Source of the DNA: an uncultured Erysipelotrichaceae bacterium
GTDB taxonomy: Bacteria > Bacillota_I > Bacilli_A > Erysipelotrichales > Erysipelotrichaceae
NCBI GenBank assembly: GCA_942492995.1
Contig: OW818653.1
Coordinates: 1,350,001-1,382,000, forward strand
Length of the DNA stretch: 32,000 nucleotides
Direction: 5' to 3'
Every line of letters begins with the position of its first letter. The stretch's first letter is position 1. Below the pieces are notes generated by a model, which was given only the letters and a program-made list of their open reading frames with translations, was not told where the DNA came from and did not search any database. A program made the position numbers and the translations under genes. Shown here one piece after another: positions 7,965 through 16,458 of this stretch.

Positions 7965-8363
7965 ATGATAGAAGTATTAAAGTGGTTTATAAACAAAGTA
8001 AATGAAATCCATCACTGGATTCTAAGCTTAAATGATAACTATTCGTGGGCATTATCAGACAAAAATCTCCATTTTATTATATTTGGTCTTTTGTCTTTAG
8101 CCTTTTTTATTGGCACAAACTTTATGTTTAAACGCCTTGCGAAGATATCAATTAACTTACTTTCATTCATATATACATTTACAGTCATGTTCGCATTAGC
8201 CTTGGCAATCGAATTTGGACAACGATATACCCAACAAGGGGTTATGGATTTTGATGATGTTCTATATGGAATTTATGGTTTTATTGCGTTCTTTATAATC
8301 TATCAATTAGGATTATGGATAATTAAGTCAATCAAATCATCGATCAATAAAAAAGAGAGGTAA
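7965..8363 (+). CDS. Small integral membrane protein, VanZ-like
   Basis: 132 aa with 3-4 predicted TM helices. IEFGQRYTQQGVMDFDDVLYGIYGF resembles the VanZ E..Q...R...D....N..G signature. The family call is tentative. Confidence 0.5.
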   Translation: MIEVLKWFINKVNEIHHWILSLNDNYSWALSDKNLHFIIFGLLSLAFFIGTNFMFKRLAKISINLLSFIYTFTVMFALALAIEFGQRYTQQGVMDFDDVLYGIYGFIAFFIIYQLGLWIIKSIKSSINKKER

Positions 8364-8366
8364 AAA

Positions 8367-9356
8367 ATGAGTGTATTAGTTACAGGTGGTACGGGTTATA
8401 TCGGATCACACACAGTTGTAGTGTTGTTAGAAGCTGGATACGATGTCGTTATTGCGGATAATCTTTATAACAGTAAATTAGATGTACTGGATAAGATTGA
8501 GACAATCACGGGTATTCGTCCAAAATTTTATCAATGTGATGTATCAAACAAAGAAGAACTTAAAGTTATATTCAATGAGAATAAGATTGATTCGATTTTA
8601 CACTTTGCGGGATATAAAGCAGTTGGTGAATCAGTTGGAGTTCCACTAAAGTATTATCGTAATAATTTACTCGGAACAGTCGCATTAGCTGAATGCGCTC
8701 TAGAATATAATGTACCGAAGTTTATCTTTAGTTCATCCGCTACTGTTTATGGAGATGGTGCAGTTCCTTATCATGAATCAAATCCTTTGATGCCTAGCAC
8801 AAATCCATATGGTGAAACAAAGGTTATGTCTGAGCGTATCTTAAGCGATACCGCAAAAGTTAATCCGAGTTTAAATGTTACGCTACTTCGTTACTTTAAT
8901 CCAATTGGCGCACATAAGAGTGGTTTAATTGGTGAAATCCCAGTTGGAACACCGAATAACTTAATGCCTTACATAACACAAGTTGCGAAAGGTAAATTAG
9001 AACGTTTACGTGTCTTCGGTAACGACTATAATACCGTCGATGGGACAGGCGTTCGTGATTATGTTCATGTCGTAGATTTAGCGTATGGTCATATGGCTGC
9101 GCTTGAAAAGATGCGTAATGGTATAAACATATACAATCTTGGGACAGGTAAAGGTACTTCCGTTTTAGAACTTATCCACACCTTCCAAACTGTGAATAAT
9201 ATACAGATTCCGTATGATATCGTAGATCGTAGACCGGGTGACGTGGCTAGTTCATACGCTGATGTCTCAAAAGCTTGGGATGAGTTGGGTTGGAAGACAC
9301 AAAAGAATCTTCAAGATATGTGTCATGATTCTTGGTTTTTCGAAAAAAATCAATAA
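8367..9356 (+). CDS. galE: UDP-glucose 4-epimerase
   Basis: 329 aa. GGTGYIGSH Rossmann motif, SSSATVYG, YGETK catalytic YxxxK, and typical GalE length. Confidence 0.92.
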   Translation: MSVLVTGGTGYIGSHTVVVLLEAGYDVVIADNLYNSKLDVLDKIETITGIRPKFYQCDVSNKEELKVIFNENKIDSILHFAGYKAVGESVGVPLKYYRNNLLGTVALAECALEYNVPKFIFSSSATVYGDGAVPYHESNPLMPSTNPYGETKVMSERILSDTAKVNPSLNVTLLRYFNPIGAHKSGLIGEIPVGTPNNLMPYITQVAKGKLERLRVFGNDYNTVDGTGVRDYVHVVDLAYGHMAALEKMRNGINIYNLGTGKGTSVLELIHTFQTVNNIQIPYDIVDRRPGDVASSYADVSKAWDELGWKTQKNLQDMCHDSWFFEKNQ

Positions 9357-9362
9357 GTTTAT

Positions 9363-9396
9363 AGATAGAACATTCTATGTTCTATCTTTTTATTTT
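9363..9396 (+). terminator. Rho-independent terminator after galE
   Basis: AGATAGAACAT-tct-ATGTTCTATCT (11-bp perfect stem) followed by TTTTTATTTT. Confidence 0.8.
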
Positions 9397-9424
9397 ACTC
9401 ACATGTTAAAATAGGTGAGTAAAA
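9393..9424 (+). promoter_or_regulatory. 10-bp perfect inverted repeat covering the Shine-Dalgarno of the ATP-grasp gene
   Basis: TTTTACTCAC-atgttaaaatag-GTGAGTAAAA. The right arm ends 1 nt before GTG 9425 and contains AGGTGAG. The loop contains a -10-like TAAAAT. Confidence 0.5.
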
Positions 9425-10627
9425 GTGAGACCTATGAAAAATAAAGCCGTAATCCTTGGATCAAATTATTTCATCGCACTTAGTATTCTTAGAAGTTTAG
9501 GACCTAAGAAGATTCAGTGTGTCGCATTAGACCATAGTAAAAAAGGTTCGTATGCGTTTTTATCAAAATATGTGAGTGAAGCGTATGTTTGTCCTCATTA
9601 TAAGAATGAAGAAGAAGCGTTTTTAAACTATTTAATTGATTATGCGAAAAAACAGGAAGTTAAACCTGTTCTATATCCATGTGCCGATAATTATGTTGAG
9701 TTTATTGATGCGCATTTAGATGAGTTAAGGGAATATTATTTGATTCCACAAACCCAAAAAGGTTTATATACTGAAGTCATGAATAAGGATACCTTACATG
9801 ATTTAGCGGTTAAGTATGGTGTTCGTGTTCCTGAAACAATTCGTTCAAACGATGATGACTTAGTGAATAAAGTAAATCAACATGTTGGTTATCCTTGTAT
9901 TGTAAAGCCTGTTGATTCACCAGCGTTTACGAAAGCATTTAGAGTTAAGAGTTTTTATATAAATAATGAGACTGAATTGATGACTGGACTTAACAAGGCG
10001 AAAGACGCGAATGTGGAAGTCATTGTACAACGTATTATTCCAGGATTTGATGATCATATGTATACTTATGATGCATATATGAATCAGAACAGTGATGTGA
10101 CTCATTGGGTTACCTGTAATAAATTTAGACAATATCCAATTAACTTTGGGGCTTCTTCGTTTACCATACAAAAGTATGTCGAAGAACTTCATACGATTGG
10201 TGCACCATTCTTTAAGGCGATGGGATATAAAGGTTTCGCTGAGATTGAGTTTAAAAAGGATGCGAAAACGGGAGAATATTACCTTATTGAAATTAATGTA
10301 CGTACGACGACATTAAATTCAATGTTGGATAAAGCTGGAGTTAATTTCCCTTATGTACAATATATGGAATTAACGGGAAATCCAGTTGAACCTTATGCGG
10401 TTAAAAAGGATACGAATATCGCGTTTTGGTTTGAATATGAAGACATTTTAGCGATTAAGGCTTATATTAAAACTAAGCAATTAACCTTAAAAGAAGTATT
10501 ACCGACATTTAAACGTCCGATTGTATGTGCAGTGTTTGATGCACATGATATCAAACCATTTTTTGGGATGATTGGTATGATTCTAGGTCGATTTGGTAAG
10601 AAGATGAAGAGGATGATAAAGCGATGA
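9425..10627 (+). CDS. ATP-grasp carboxylate-amine ligase (COG3919-like; D-aspartate-ligase-like)
   Basis: 400 aa, or 397 aa if the start is ATG 9434. The pre-ATP-grasp N-domain begins (M)KNKAVILGSNY. ATP-grasp core segments are GYPCIVKPVDS, VIVQRIIPG and FAEIEFKKDAKTGEYYLIEINVR. It has a basic C-terminal tail, GRFGKKMKRMIKR. The next gene is a racemase. Confidence 0.8.
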   Translation: MRPMKNKAVILGSNYFIALSILRSLGPKKIQCVALDHSKKGSYAFLSKYVSEAYVCPHYKNEEEAFLNYLIDYAKKQEVKPVLYPCADNYVEFIDAHLDELREYYLIPQTQKGLYTEVMNKDTLHDLAVKYGVRVPETIRSNDDDLVNKVNQHVGYPCIVKPVDSPAFTKAFRVKSFYINNETELMTGLNKAKDANVEVIVQRIIPGFDDHMYTYDAYMNQNSDVTHWVTCNKFRQYPINFGASSFTIQKYVEELHTIGAPFFKAMGYKGFAEIEFKKDAKTGEYYLIEINVRTTTLNSMLDKAGVNFPYVQYMELTGNPVEPYAVKKDTNIAFWFEYEDILAIKAYIKTKQLTLKEVLPTFKRPIVCAVFDAHDIKPFFGMIGMILGRFGKKMKRMIKR

Positions 10628-11313
10628 ATGATAAAGTAATTGGAATATTAGGTGGAATGGGTCCAGAGGCAAGTGCTTTTTATTATACTCAACTCGTTAA
10701 AAGAACGCATGTGAATAAAGACCAAGATCATTTTCATGTGATTATTGAGGCGAATCCTAAGATTCCTGATCGTACAAAATCCATTCTTGGGTTAGGTGAA
10801 AGTCCATTGCCTGAATTGATTAAGAGTATTGATCGATTGAATTTAATGAATATTGATCAAGCATTTATAACATGTATTACGTCTCATCATTTCTATCCAG
10901 AATTAGTTAAACATTGTAAGTTTGAATTAATTAATGCGTTAGAGTGCTTAAATACACAGTTACATAAAGATGGGATTAAGCGTGTAGGATTGTTGGCGAC
11001 AAGTGGTACGATTAAAACTCAGTTGTTTAATCAATACTTGAAAGATATAGAAGTTATTATACCAAGTGAAATGATTCAAACGAGCTATGTCATGGATGCG
11101 ATTTATCATCCTGAGACAGGGATTAAGAGTGGTCATGTGGAAGGTTATCCAATATCACAATTAATTCATGCAGGGCAAAGTTTGATAGAGAATGGCGCAG
11201 AAGTATTAATTGGTGGATGTACAGAAATATCGATGGTATTAAAGAAAGATATGTTTAGTGTTGCGTTGTATGATCCGATGATTGTTACAATTGATTATCT
11301 CATTCAAAAATAA
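10624..11313 (+). CDS. Asp/Glu/hydantoin racemase family protein, aspartate-racemase-like
   Basis: 229 aa with GILGGMGPEAS near the N-terminus. Both catalytic Cys regions are present (ITCITSHHF and IGGCTEIS). Its ATG overlaps the ligase TGA (ATGA at 10624-10627). Confidence 0.8.
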   Translation: MNDKVIGILGGMGPEASAFYYTQLVKRTHVNKDQDHFHVIIEANPKIPDRTKSILGLGESPLPELIKSIDRLNLMNIDQAFITCITSHHFYPELVKHCKFELINALECLNTQLHKDGIKRVGLLATSGTIKTQLFNQYLKDIEVIIPSEMIQTSYVMDAIYHPETGIKSGHVEGYPISQLIHAGQSLIENGAEVLIGGCTEISMVLKKDMFSVALYDPMIVTIDYLIQK

Positions 11314-11322
11314 GGAGACTTT

Positions 11323-12207
11323 ATGAAAGGTATTATTTTAGCAGGTGGTGCTGGTACACGTTTATATCCTTTGACTATGGTCACATCTAAACAATTATTA
11401 CCTGTTTATGATAAACCGATGATTTATTATCCGTTATCAACCCTTATGTTGGCGGGGATTAGAGAAATACTAATTATTTCTACACCACATGATTTGCCTA
11501 ATTTTGAGAAACTATTAGGCGATGGAAACCAATACGGTTTAAAGCTCAGTTATAAAGTTCAACCATCACCCGATGGATTAGCGCAAGCCTTTGTGTTAGG
11601 TGAAGAATTTATTGGGGATGATTGTGTTGCGATGGTGTTAGGCGATAATATTTTTTATGGTAGTGGATTCTCACAGTACTTAAAAAACGCGGTTGAACAA
11701 GCAAGTCATGGTGGTGCATCCATCTTTGGATATTTCGTTACAGACCCTGAACGTTTTGGGATTGTGGAGTTTGATGCGAATGGTAAAGTTATTTCTGTAG
11801 AAGAAAAGCCTGAACATCCTAAATCGAACTATTGTATAACCGGATTGTATTTCTATGATAATTCAGTTGTACAAAAGGCAAAGAACTTAAAACCATCTAA
11901 ACGTGGTGAATATGAGATTACAGATTTAAATCGTTTATATCTTGAAGAAGATAATTTACATGTTCAGTTATTAGGTCGTGGTTATGCATGGTTGGATACT
12001 GGAACTATGGATAGTTTAGTCGATGCGGCTGATTTTGTTCGAACACTTGAAAAACGTCAGGGATTGAAAATATCTGCGATTGAAGAAATTGCCTATATTA
12101 AAGGTTGGATCACAAAGGATGAGTTAATTGAAGCTGCGAAGCGTTATGGTAAATCACCTTATGGCCAACACTTAATGAATGTGGCGGAAGGTAAGATACA
12201 ATACTAA
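11323..12207 (+). CDS. rfbA: Glucose-1-phosphate thymidylyltransferase
   Basis: 294 aa. [36 protein letters not shown] and YAWLDTGT are hallmark RmlA segments. Confidence 0.94.
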   Translation: MKGIILAGGAGTRLYPLTMVTSKQLLPVYDKPMIYYPLSTLMLAGIREILIISTPHDLPNFEKLLGDGNQYGLKLSYKVQPSPDGLAQAFVLGEEFIGDDCVAMVLGDNIFYGSGFSQYLKNAVEQASHGGASIFGYFVTDPERFGIVEFDANGKVISVEEKPEHPKSNYCITGLYFYDNSVVQKAKNLKPSKRGEYEITDLNRLYLEEDNLHVQLLGRGYAWLDTGTMDSLVDAADFVRTLEKRQGLKISAIEEIAYIKGWITKDELIEAAKRYGKSPYGQHLMNVAEGKIQY

Positions 12208-12208
12208 T

Positions 12209-13234
12209 ATGAAAATACTTGTGACAGGTGGTGCTGGTTTTATTGGTGGTAATTTTGTCTTGTATATGGTTAATCAATATCCAGATGATATGATTGTGAA
12301 TTTGGACGCATTAACGTATGCCGGTAATTTAGAAACATTAAAATCGGTTGAACATAAAACGAATTATAAATTTGTGAAAGGTGATATCGCGGATCGTGAT
12401 TTCATCAATCAATTATTTGAAGAAGAGAAGTTTGATTGGGTTGTGAATTTCGCGGCAGAGAGTCATGTGGATCGTAGTATTGTAAATCCTGGTATATTTG
12501 TAGAAACCAACGTATTAGGAACACAAGTCTTGTTAGACGCAAGTCGTAAGTACAGTGTTAAACGTTACCATCAAGTGAGTACGGATGAAGTATATGGTGA
12601 TTTGCCTCTCGATCGTAAGGATTTATTCTTTACAGAAGCTACTCCTTTACATACTTCAAGCCCTTACAGTGCATCTAAAGCAAGTGCTGATTTATTATGT
12701 TTAGCATACTTTAGAACATTTAATAGTCCTATTACAATATCACGTTGTTCAAATAATTATGGACCATACCATTTCCCTGAGAAGTTGATTCCACTTATGA
12801 TATCTCGTGCATTAAATAATCAGACATTACCTGTATATGGTAAAGGTGAGAATGTAAGGGATTGGCTTCATGTGTATGATCATTGTGTTGCGATTGACTT
12901 AATTCTTCGTAAAGGAAGAGTTGGGGAAGTTTATAACATTGGTGGTCATAATGAACGCACTAATTTAGAAGTTGTACAAACGATCTTACACGAATTAAAT
13001 AAACCCGAATCATTGATTCAATATGTGACGGATCGTAAAGGTCATGATTTACGTTATGCGATAGATCCAACTAAGATTGAAACTGAACTAGGGTGGAAGG
13101 CTGTATATACGTTTGATACTGGAATTAAACAAACCATTGAATGGTATTTAAATAATAAGACGTGGTGGGAAAATATTCTGAGTGGTGAGTATAAACATTA
13201 CTTTGAGAATCAATATACTGATTTAAATAAATAA
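12209..13234 (+). CDS. rfbB: dTDP-glucose 4,6-dehydratase
   Basis: I trimmed the track ORF (12179) to ATG 12209 (MKILVTGGAGFIGGNF), 1 nt after the rfbA stop. STDEVYG and YSASKASAD (YxxxK) motifs. 341 aa. Confidence 0.93.
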   Translation: MKILVTGGAGFIGGNFVLYMVNQYPDDMIVNLDALTYAGNLETLKSVEHKTNYKFVKGDIADRDFINQLFEEEKFDWVVNFAAESHVDRSIVNPGIFVETNVLGTQVLLDASRKYSVKRYHQVSTDEVYGDLPLDRKDLFFTEATPLHTSSPYSASKASADLLCLAYFRTFNSPITISRCSNNYGPYHFPEKLIPLMISRALNNQTLPVYGKGENVRDWLHVYDHCVAIDLILRKGRVGEVYNIGGHNERTNLEVVQTILHELNKPESLIQYVTDRKGHDLRYAIDPTKIETELGWKAVYTFDTGIKQTIEWYLNNKTWWENILSGEYKHYFENQYTDLNK

Positions 13235-13262
13235 GACATTCCGCAGAATGTCTTGTTTTTTT
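13233..13262. terminator. Bidirectional terminator between rfbB and the convergent M23 peptidase gene
   Basis: AAGACATTC-cgca-GAATGTCTT followed by GTTTTTTT on the plus strand, and flanked by an A-run/T-run on the other side. The T-tract overlaps the stop codon of the minus-strand gene. Confidence 0.8.
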
Positions 13263-14481
13263 ATAGGTAATCCCATGGATTTTGAGGTGTTCCATTAACA
13301 CGAATTTCAAATTGTAAGTGACTTCCGGTAGCAGATCCTGTTTTACCCATTCTTCCGATTAATTGTCCAGTTGTGACACTGTCACCTTCTGATACATCAA
13401 ATCCAGAAAGATGGATATAGTAGGTTTCTAATCCTCCACCGTGATCAATAATAATGTAATTTCCATAGCTATCGGTCCAACCTGTTTTCGTGACTGTACC
13501 ATCCGCATAGGCATTTATAGATGTCCCAACTTTATTTGCGATATCGATTCCATCATGGAATGAACGTTTACCAGAAATAGGATGTGTACGCCAACCAAAG
13601 TCACTGGATAGATTTCCTGTGGTAACTCCAAAGTTTGTACCAGATGAACGAACGGTGACTGGTTTTGAACCTACAACTACTTCCGCAGTAATTGGCTCTA
13701 CTAATACCGTTTCCGAAAGAATATTACTTGATTCTTCAACGCCATTGACCCATTCATATTCCACAATTACTTCCTTTAATCCATCAACGCCTTGTTTCGT
13801 AACTTTCTTCGTATTCTGTGAAAGACTCGCATCATTCATTGTTTTAGTCTCAAAGTGAATAACTTGTTCAGTACGTGATTGAAGTGTCACATTAACATCT
13901 AGATAATATTGAACAGACGAAACGATTATTTCATCGCCTGGCCATAATTTTTCGAGTTCTGTACCAGGATTCATTTGTGCGATATTTTCTAAATCCATAT
14001 CGAGCTTTTCTGCGATTTCCCATGCACTATCGCCTTCTTGGACAATATAGTTACTTTCAGCTTGAATTGGGTGTTGAAGCTTTAGATACAAGTTATCAAT
14101 AACACTCAATTTAGTCTGTGCAACACGCACTGGGACAATCTCAACTTCTTGAACGAAATTTGCGCTGAGTATTTTGGTATCATCATTTACGGATGGGGAC
14201 ATTTTAGCTTTAAATTGATCTAAAGCTTTAGTGATTTGTTTTACATCTTCTAGAACAAACCATGTCTCACCATCAACGATTAATTCATAGGCATCTACTT
14301 CTTTTGGCACAAAAAGTGCACTGGTTTGTGTTGGATTCACAAACGATAAACTGAGTATTCCGATTAACATCAAGACCTTTACGCGAGTCTTGAACGTATT
14401 ACGTGTGATGTATTTATTTTGAGTCAATTCTATGCCCTCAACTTTTTTCGTGAGGTCATTATAACAAAGAACCTTTGACAT
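13261..14481 (-). CDS. Membrane-anchored LysM + G5 + M23 family metallopeptidase
   Basis: 406 aa. N-terminal TM (VLMLIGILSLSFV). LysM domain (YIVQEGDSAWEIAEKLDMDLENIAQMNPG). G5-like segment ending VVVGSKP. M23 motifs HDGIDI and GSHLQFEI. The start codon is uncertain. Confidence 0.85.
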   Translation of the reverse strand: MSKVLCYNDLTKKVEGIELTQNKYITRNTFKTRVKVLMLIGILSLSFVNPTQTSALFVPKEVDAYELIVDGETWFVLEDVKQITKALDQFKAKMSPSVNDDTKILSANFVQEVEIVPVRVAQTKLSVIDNLYLKLQHPIQAESNYIVQEGDSAWEIAEKLDMDLENIAQMNPGTELEKLWPGDEIIVSSVQYYLDVNVTLQSRTEQVIHFETKTMNDASLSQNTKKVTKQGVDGLKEVIVEYEWVNGVEESSNILSETVLVEPITAEVVVGSKPVTVRSSGTNFGVTTGNLSSDFGWRTHPISGKRSFHDGIDIANKVGTSINAYADGTVTKTGWTDSYGNYIIIDHGGGLETYYIHLSGFDVSEGDSVTTGQLIGRMGKTGSATGSHLQFEIRVNGTPQNPWDYL

Positions 14482-14507
14482 AAAAACCCTTAAAACGGCT
14501 TTTAAGG
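14482..14507 (-). terminator. Terminator-like hairpin downstream of whiA, abutting the next ATG
   Basis: Minus strand reads CCTTAAAA-gccg-TTTTAAGG followed by GTTTTT, then immediately ATG 14481. Confidence 0.55.
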
Positions 14508-14563
14508 TGAAAATTTAGACACATTTTCGATTTTCAACCTATTTTCACACAATGAAATACATA

Positions 14564-15481
14564 TTAAAGTGTAATAAGTTTTGCCAAACGATGTTTCATT
14601 CCTGACTTACTTATTGGTTTACCTGTCTCTAATTCAAAACGTTCACATAGCTCATTTAAGCTTGCCTCTGGATTATTTAAACGAAGGATTGCGACTTCTT
14701 TTAACTTCACATCAATGTACTCAAACTCACCGCTATCGATGAGTTTCTGGATTACTTCGAGTTGATCATTTGCGGCTGCCATAGTCTTCATGACATTCGC
14801 TACTTCACAATTATCTAAACGAGTAAGGTTGTTGTGGAAATCACGTTGAATACGTATATCTTCAAAATCGAGCACGGCATTGTTTGCCTGAATCATTCGT
14901 AAGAAATCAGATATTTTCTCAGAGGCTTTAAGGTATACAACATGTTGGTTACGTCGAATAATGTATTTAGCCCCTAATTCAAATCGATTCATAATCGTTT
15001 GAATGTATTGTGCATGTTCAACATCTTGAGTCACTATTTCACAATGATAATTTGACTTCTTAGGAGAATTGATACTACCCGCAGCTAAGAATGCGCCAGC
15101 TAAATAAGCTCTTGCGCAACACTCCTTACGTACTACAGCTTTACTTGGATGATTGGTAAACCCTGAGTTGTTCCAAAGTCCAAGTTCAGTTAATATCTCT
15201 GTCGTTTTACTTAGTACTTGGATTTCATAGATATTATTCTTTTTTAGATTCATCTTCTTCATAACAGACAATTTCATTTCAGCTTGAAATTGTTCCTTCA
15301 TGAGTTTAAAAACCCGTTTTGCGGTTGTCGCATTTTCGGTTTTTATCGATAATTCTAATTTATGGTTTTTAATCACGACAGATGAACTTAACTGAATTAG
15401 TGCGGCAGTTTGCGCTTTTTGGCAACATGCATTTAATTCAATATTCGCTACTTCGTGTTTAACTTCTTGTGTAAATGACAT
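14564..15481 (-). CDS. whiA: DNA-binding protein WhiA
   Basis: 305 aa. Degenerate LAGLIDADG-like core (ARAYLAGAFLAAGSINSP) and a C-terminal HTH (KPISKSGMKHRLAKL). rapZ-yvcK-whiA synteny. Confidence 0.92.
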   Translation of the reverse strand: MSFTQEVKHEVANIELNACCQKAQTAALIQLSSSVVIKNHKLELSIKTENATTAKRVFKLMKEQFQAEMKLSVMKKMNLKKNNIYEIQVLSKTTEILTELGLWNNSGFTNHPSKAVVRKECCARAYLAGAFLAAGSINSPKKSNYHCEIVTQDVEHAQYIQTIMNRFELGAKYIIRRNQHVVYLKASEKISDFLRMIQANNAVLDFEDIRIQRDFHNNLTRLDNCEVANVMKTMAAANDQLEVIQKLIDSGEFEYIDVKLKEVAILRLNNPEASLNELCERFELETGKPISKSGMKHRLAKLITL

Positions 15482-15483
15482 TT

Positions 15484-16455
15484 TTATCTAACTTTCTTTA
15501 ATATTTCTTCGATTACGTTCTTAATTCGCTCTGGATCATGTCTAACTCGTTTGGAATCGAATTTTAATAATTTTCGTTTTAATAATGTATAGGTATGTGT
15601 TTTATCCGAAATTTTCACTGGAAATGCCTCTTCTACGACATAACGTTGTAATACTTCAAGAGGTATTTCATCATTTGCGGCAACGACGACATCTATTTTA
15701 GTATCCGCATGTTTTTCGATTGCGGCTACGTGATCTTCTAACGTATAGCCATCTGTTTCACCAGCTTGACTCATCGCGTTTGCCATATATATTTTGATTC
15801 CGCGGTTCTTCTTTAACGCTTTTTGAATTTCAGGAATAATAAGATTCGGACAAATACTTGTATATACACTTCCGATTCCTAAAATAATCACATCCGCTTT
15901 CTCAATCGCTCGAACTGCTTCATGACTTCCTACAACTTTTTCGTCATAAAAAACTTCTTGGATACGATGTCTACTTTTTGGAATATTACTTTCGCCTCGG
16001 ACGATTGTACCATCTTCCATTCGTGCTAAAAGACGTACGACTTGGTGTGTTGAAGGCACGATATCCCCTTTGACATTTAGGACTTTTGAGATAGTGGTGA
16101 CAGCGTCCATAAAACTACCTGTTTTTTTGGTTAATGCCGTCAAAATAATATTTCCCAGGTTATGACCAACTAGGTCATTTTCTGCATCTAATTCAGCTAA
16201 ATCATCTTTCTCAAAACGATAACTCATAAGTGTAGAAAACAGTGTTTCACTTTCTGATAAAGCAATCATAACGTTACGAATATCTCCCATGGCAGGAATA
16301 TGATAGGCACGTCTTAAACGGCCAGTACTTCCACCATCATCCGCAACTGTCACAATCGCAGTGATTTCGATATCATCAATTAGTTTGATTCCTCTTAGAA
16401 TGGTTGATTGGCCTGTTCCCCCACCAATGACCACAACTTTTAGTGTTTTATTCAT
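15484..16455 (-). CDS. yvcK: YvcK/GlmR family (CofD-like) gluconeogenesis/cell-shape factor
   Basis: 323 aa. VVVIGGGTGQST N-terminus and typical UPF0052 sequence. Lies between rapZ and whiA. Confidence 0.9.
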   Translation of the reverse strand: MNKTLKVVVIGGGTGQSTILRGIKLIDDIEITAIVTVADDGGSTGRLRRAYHIPAMGDIRNVMIALSESETLFSTLMSYRFEKDDLAELDAENDLVGHNLGNIILTALTKKTGSFMDAVTTISKVLNVKGDIVPSTHQVVRLLARMEDGTIVRGESNIPKSRHRIQEVFYDEKVVGSHEAVRAIEKADVIILGIGSVYTSICPNLIIPEIQKALKKNRGIKIYMANAMSQAGETDGYTLEDHVAAIEKHADTKIDVVVAANDEIPLEVLQRYVVEEAFPVKISDKTHTYTLLKRKLLKFDSKRVRHDPERIKNVIEEILKKVR

Positions 16456-16458
16456 TTT

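Noticed and set aside
12179-12208. A 10-codon N-terminal extension of rfbB ([10 protein letters not shown]) overlapping the end of rfbA.
   Set aside because: RmlB proteins start at MKILVTGGAGFIG. ATG 12209 lies 1 nt after the rfbA stop.
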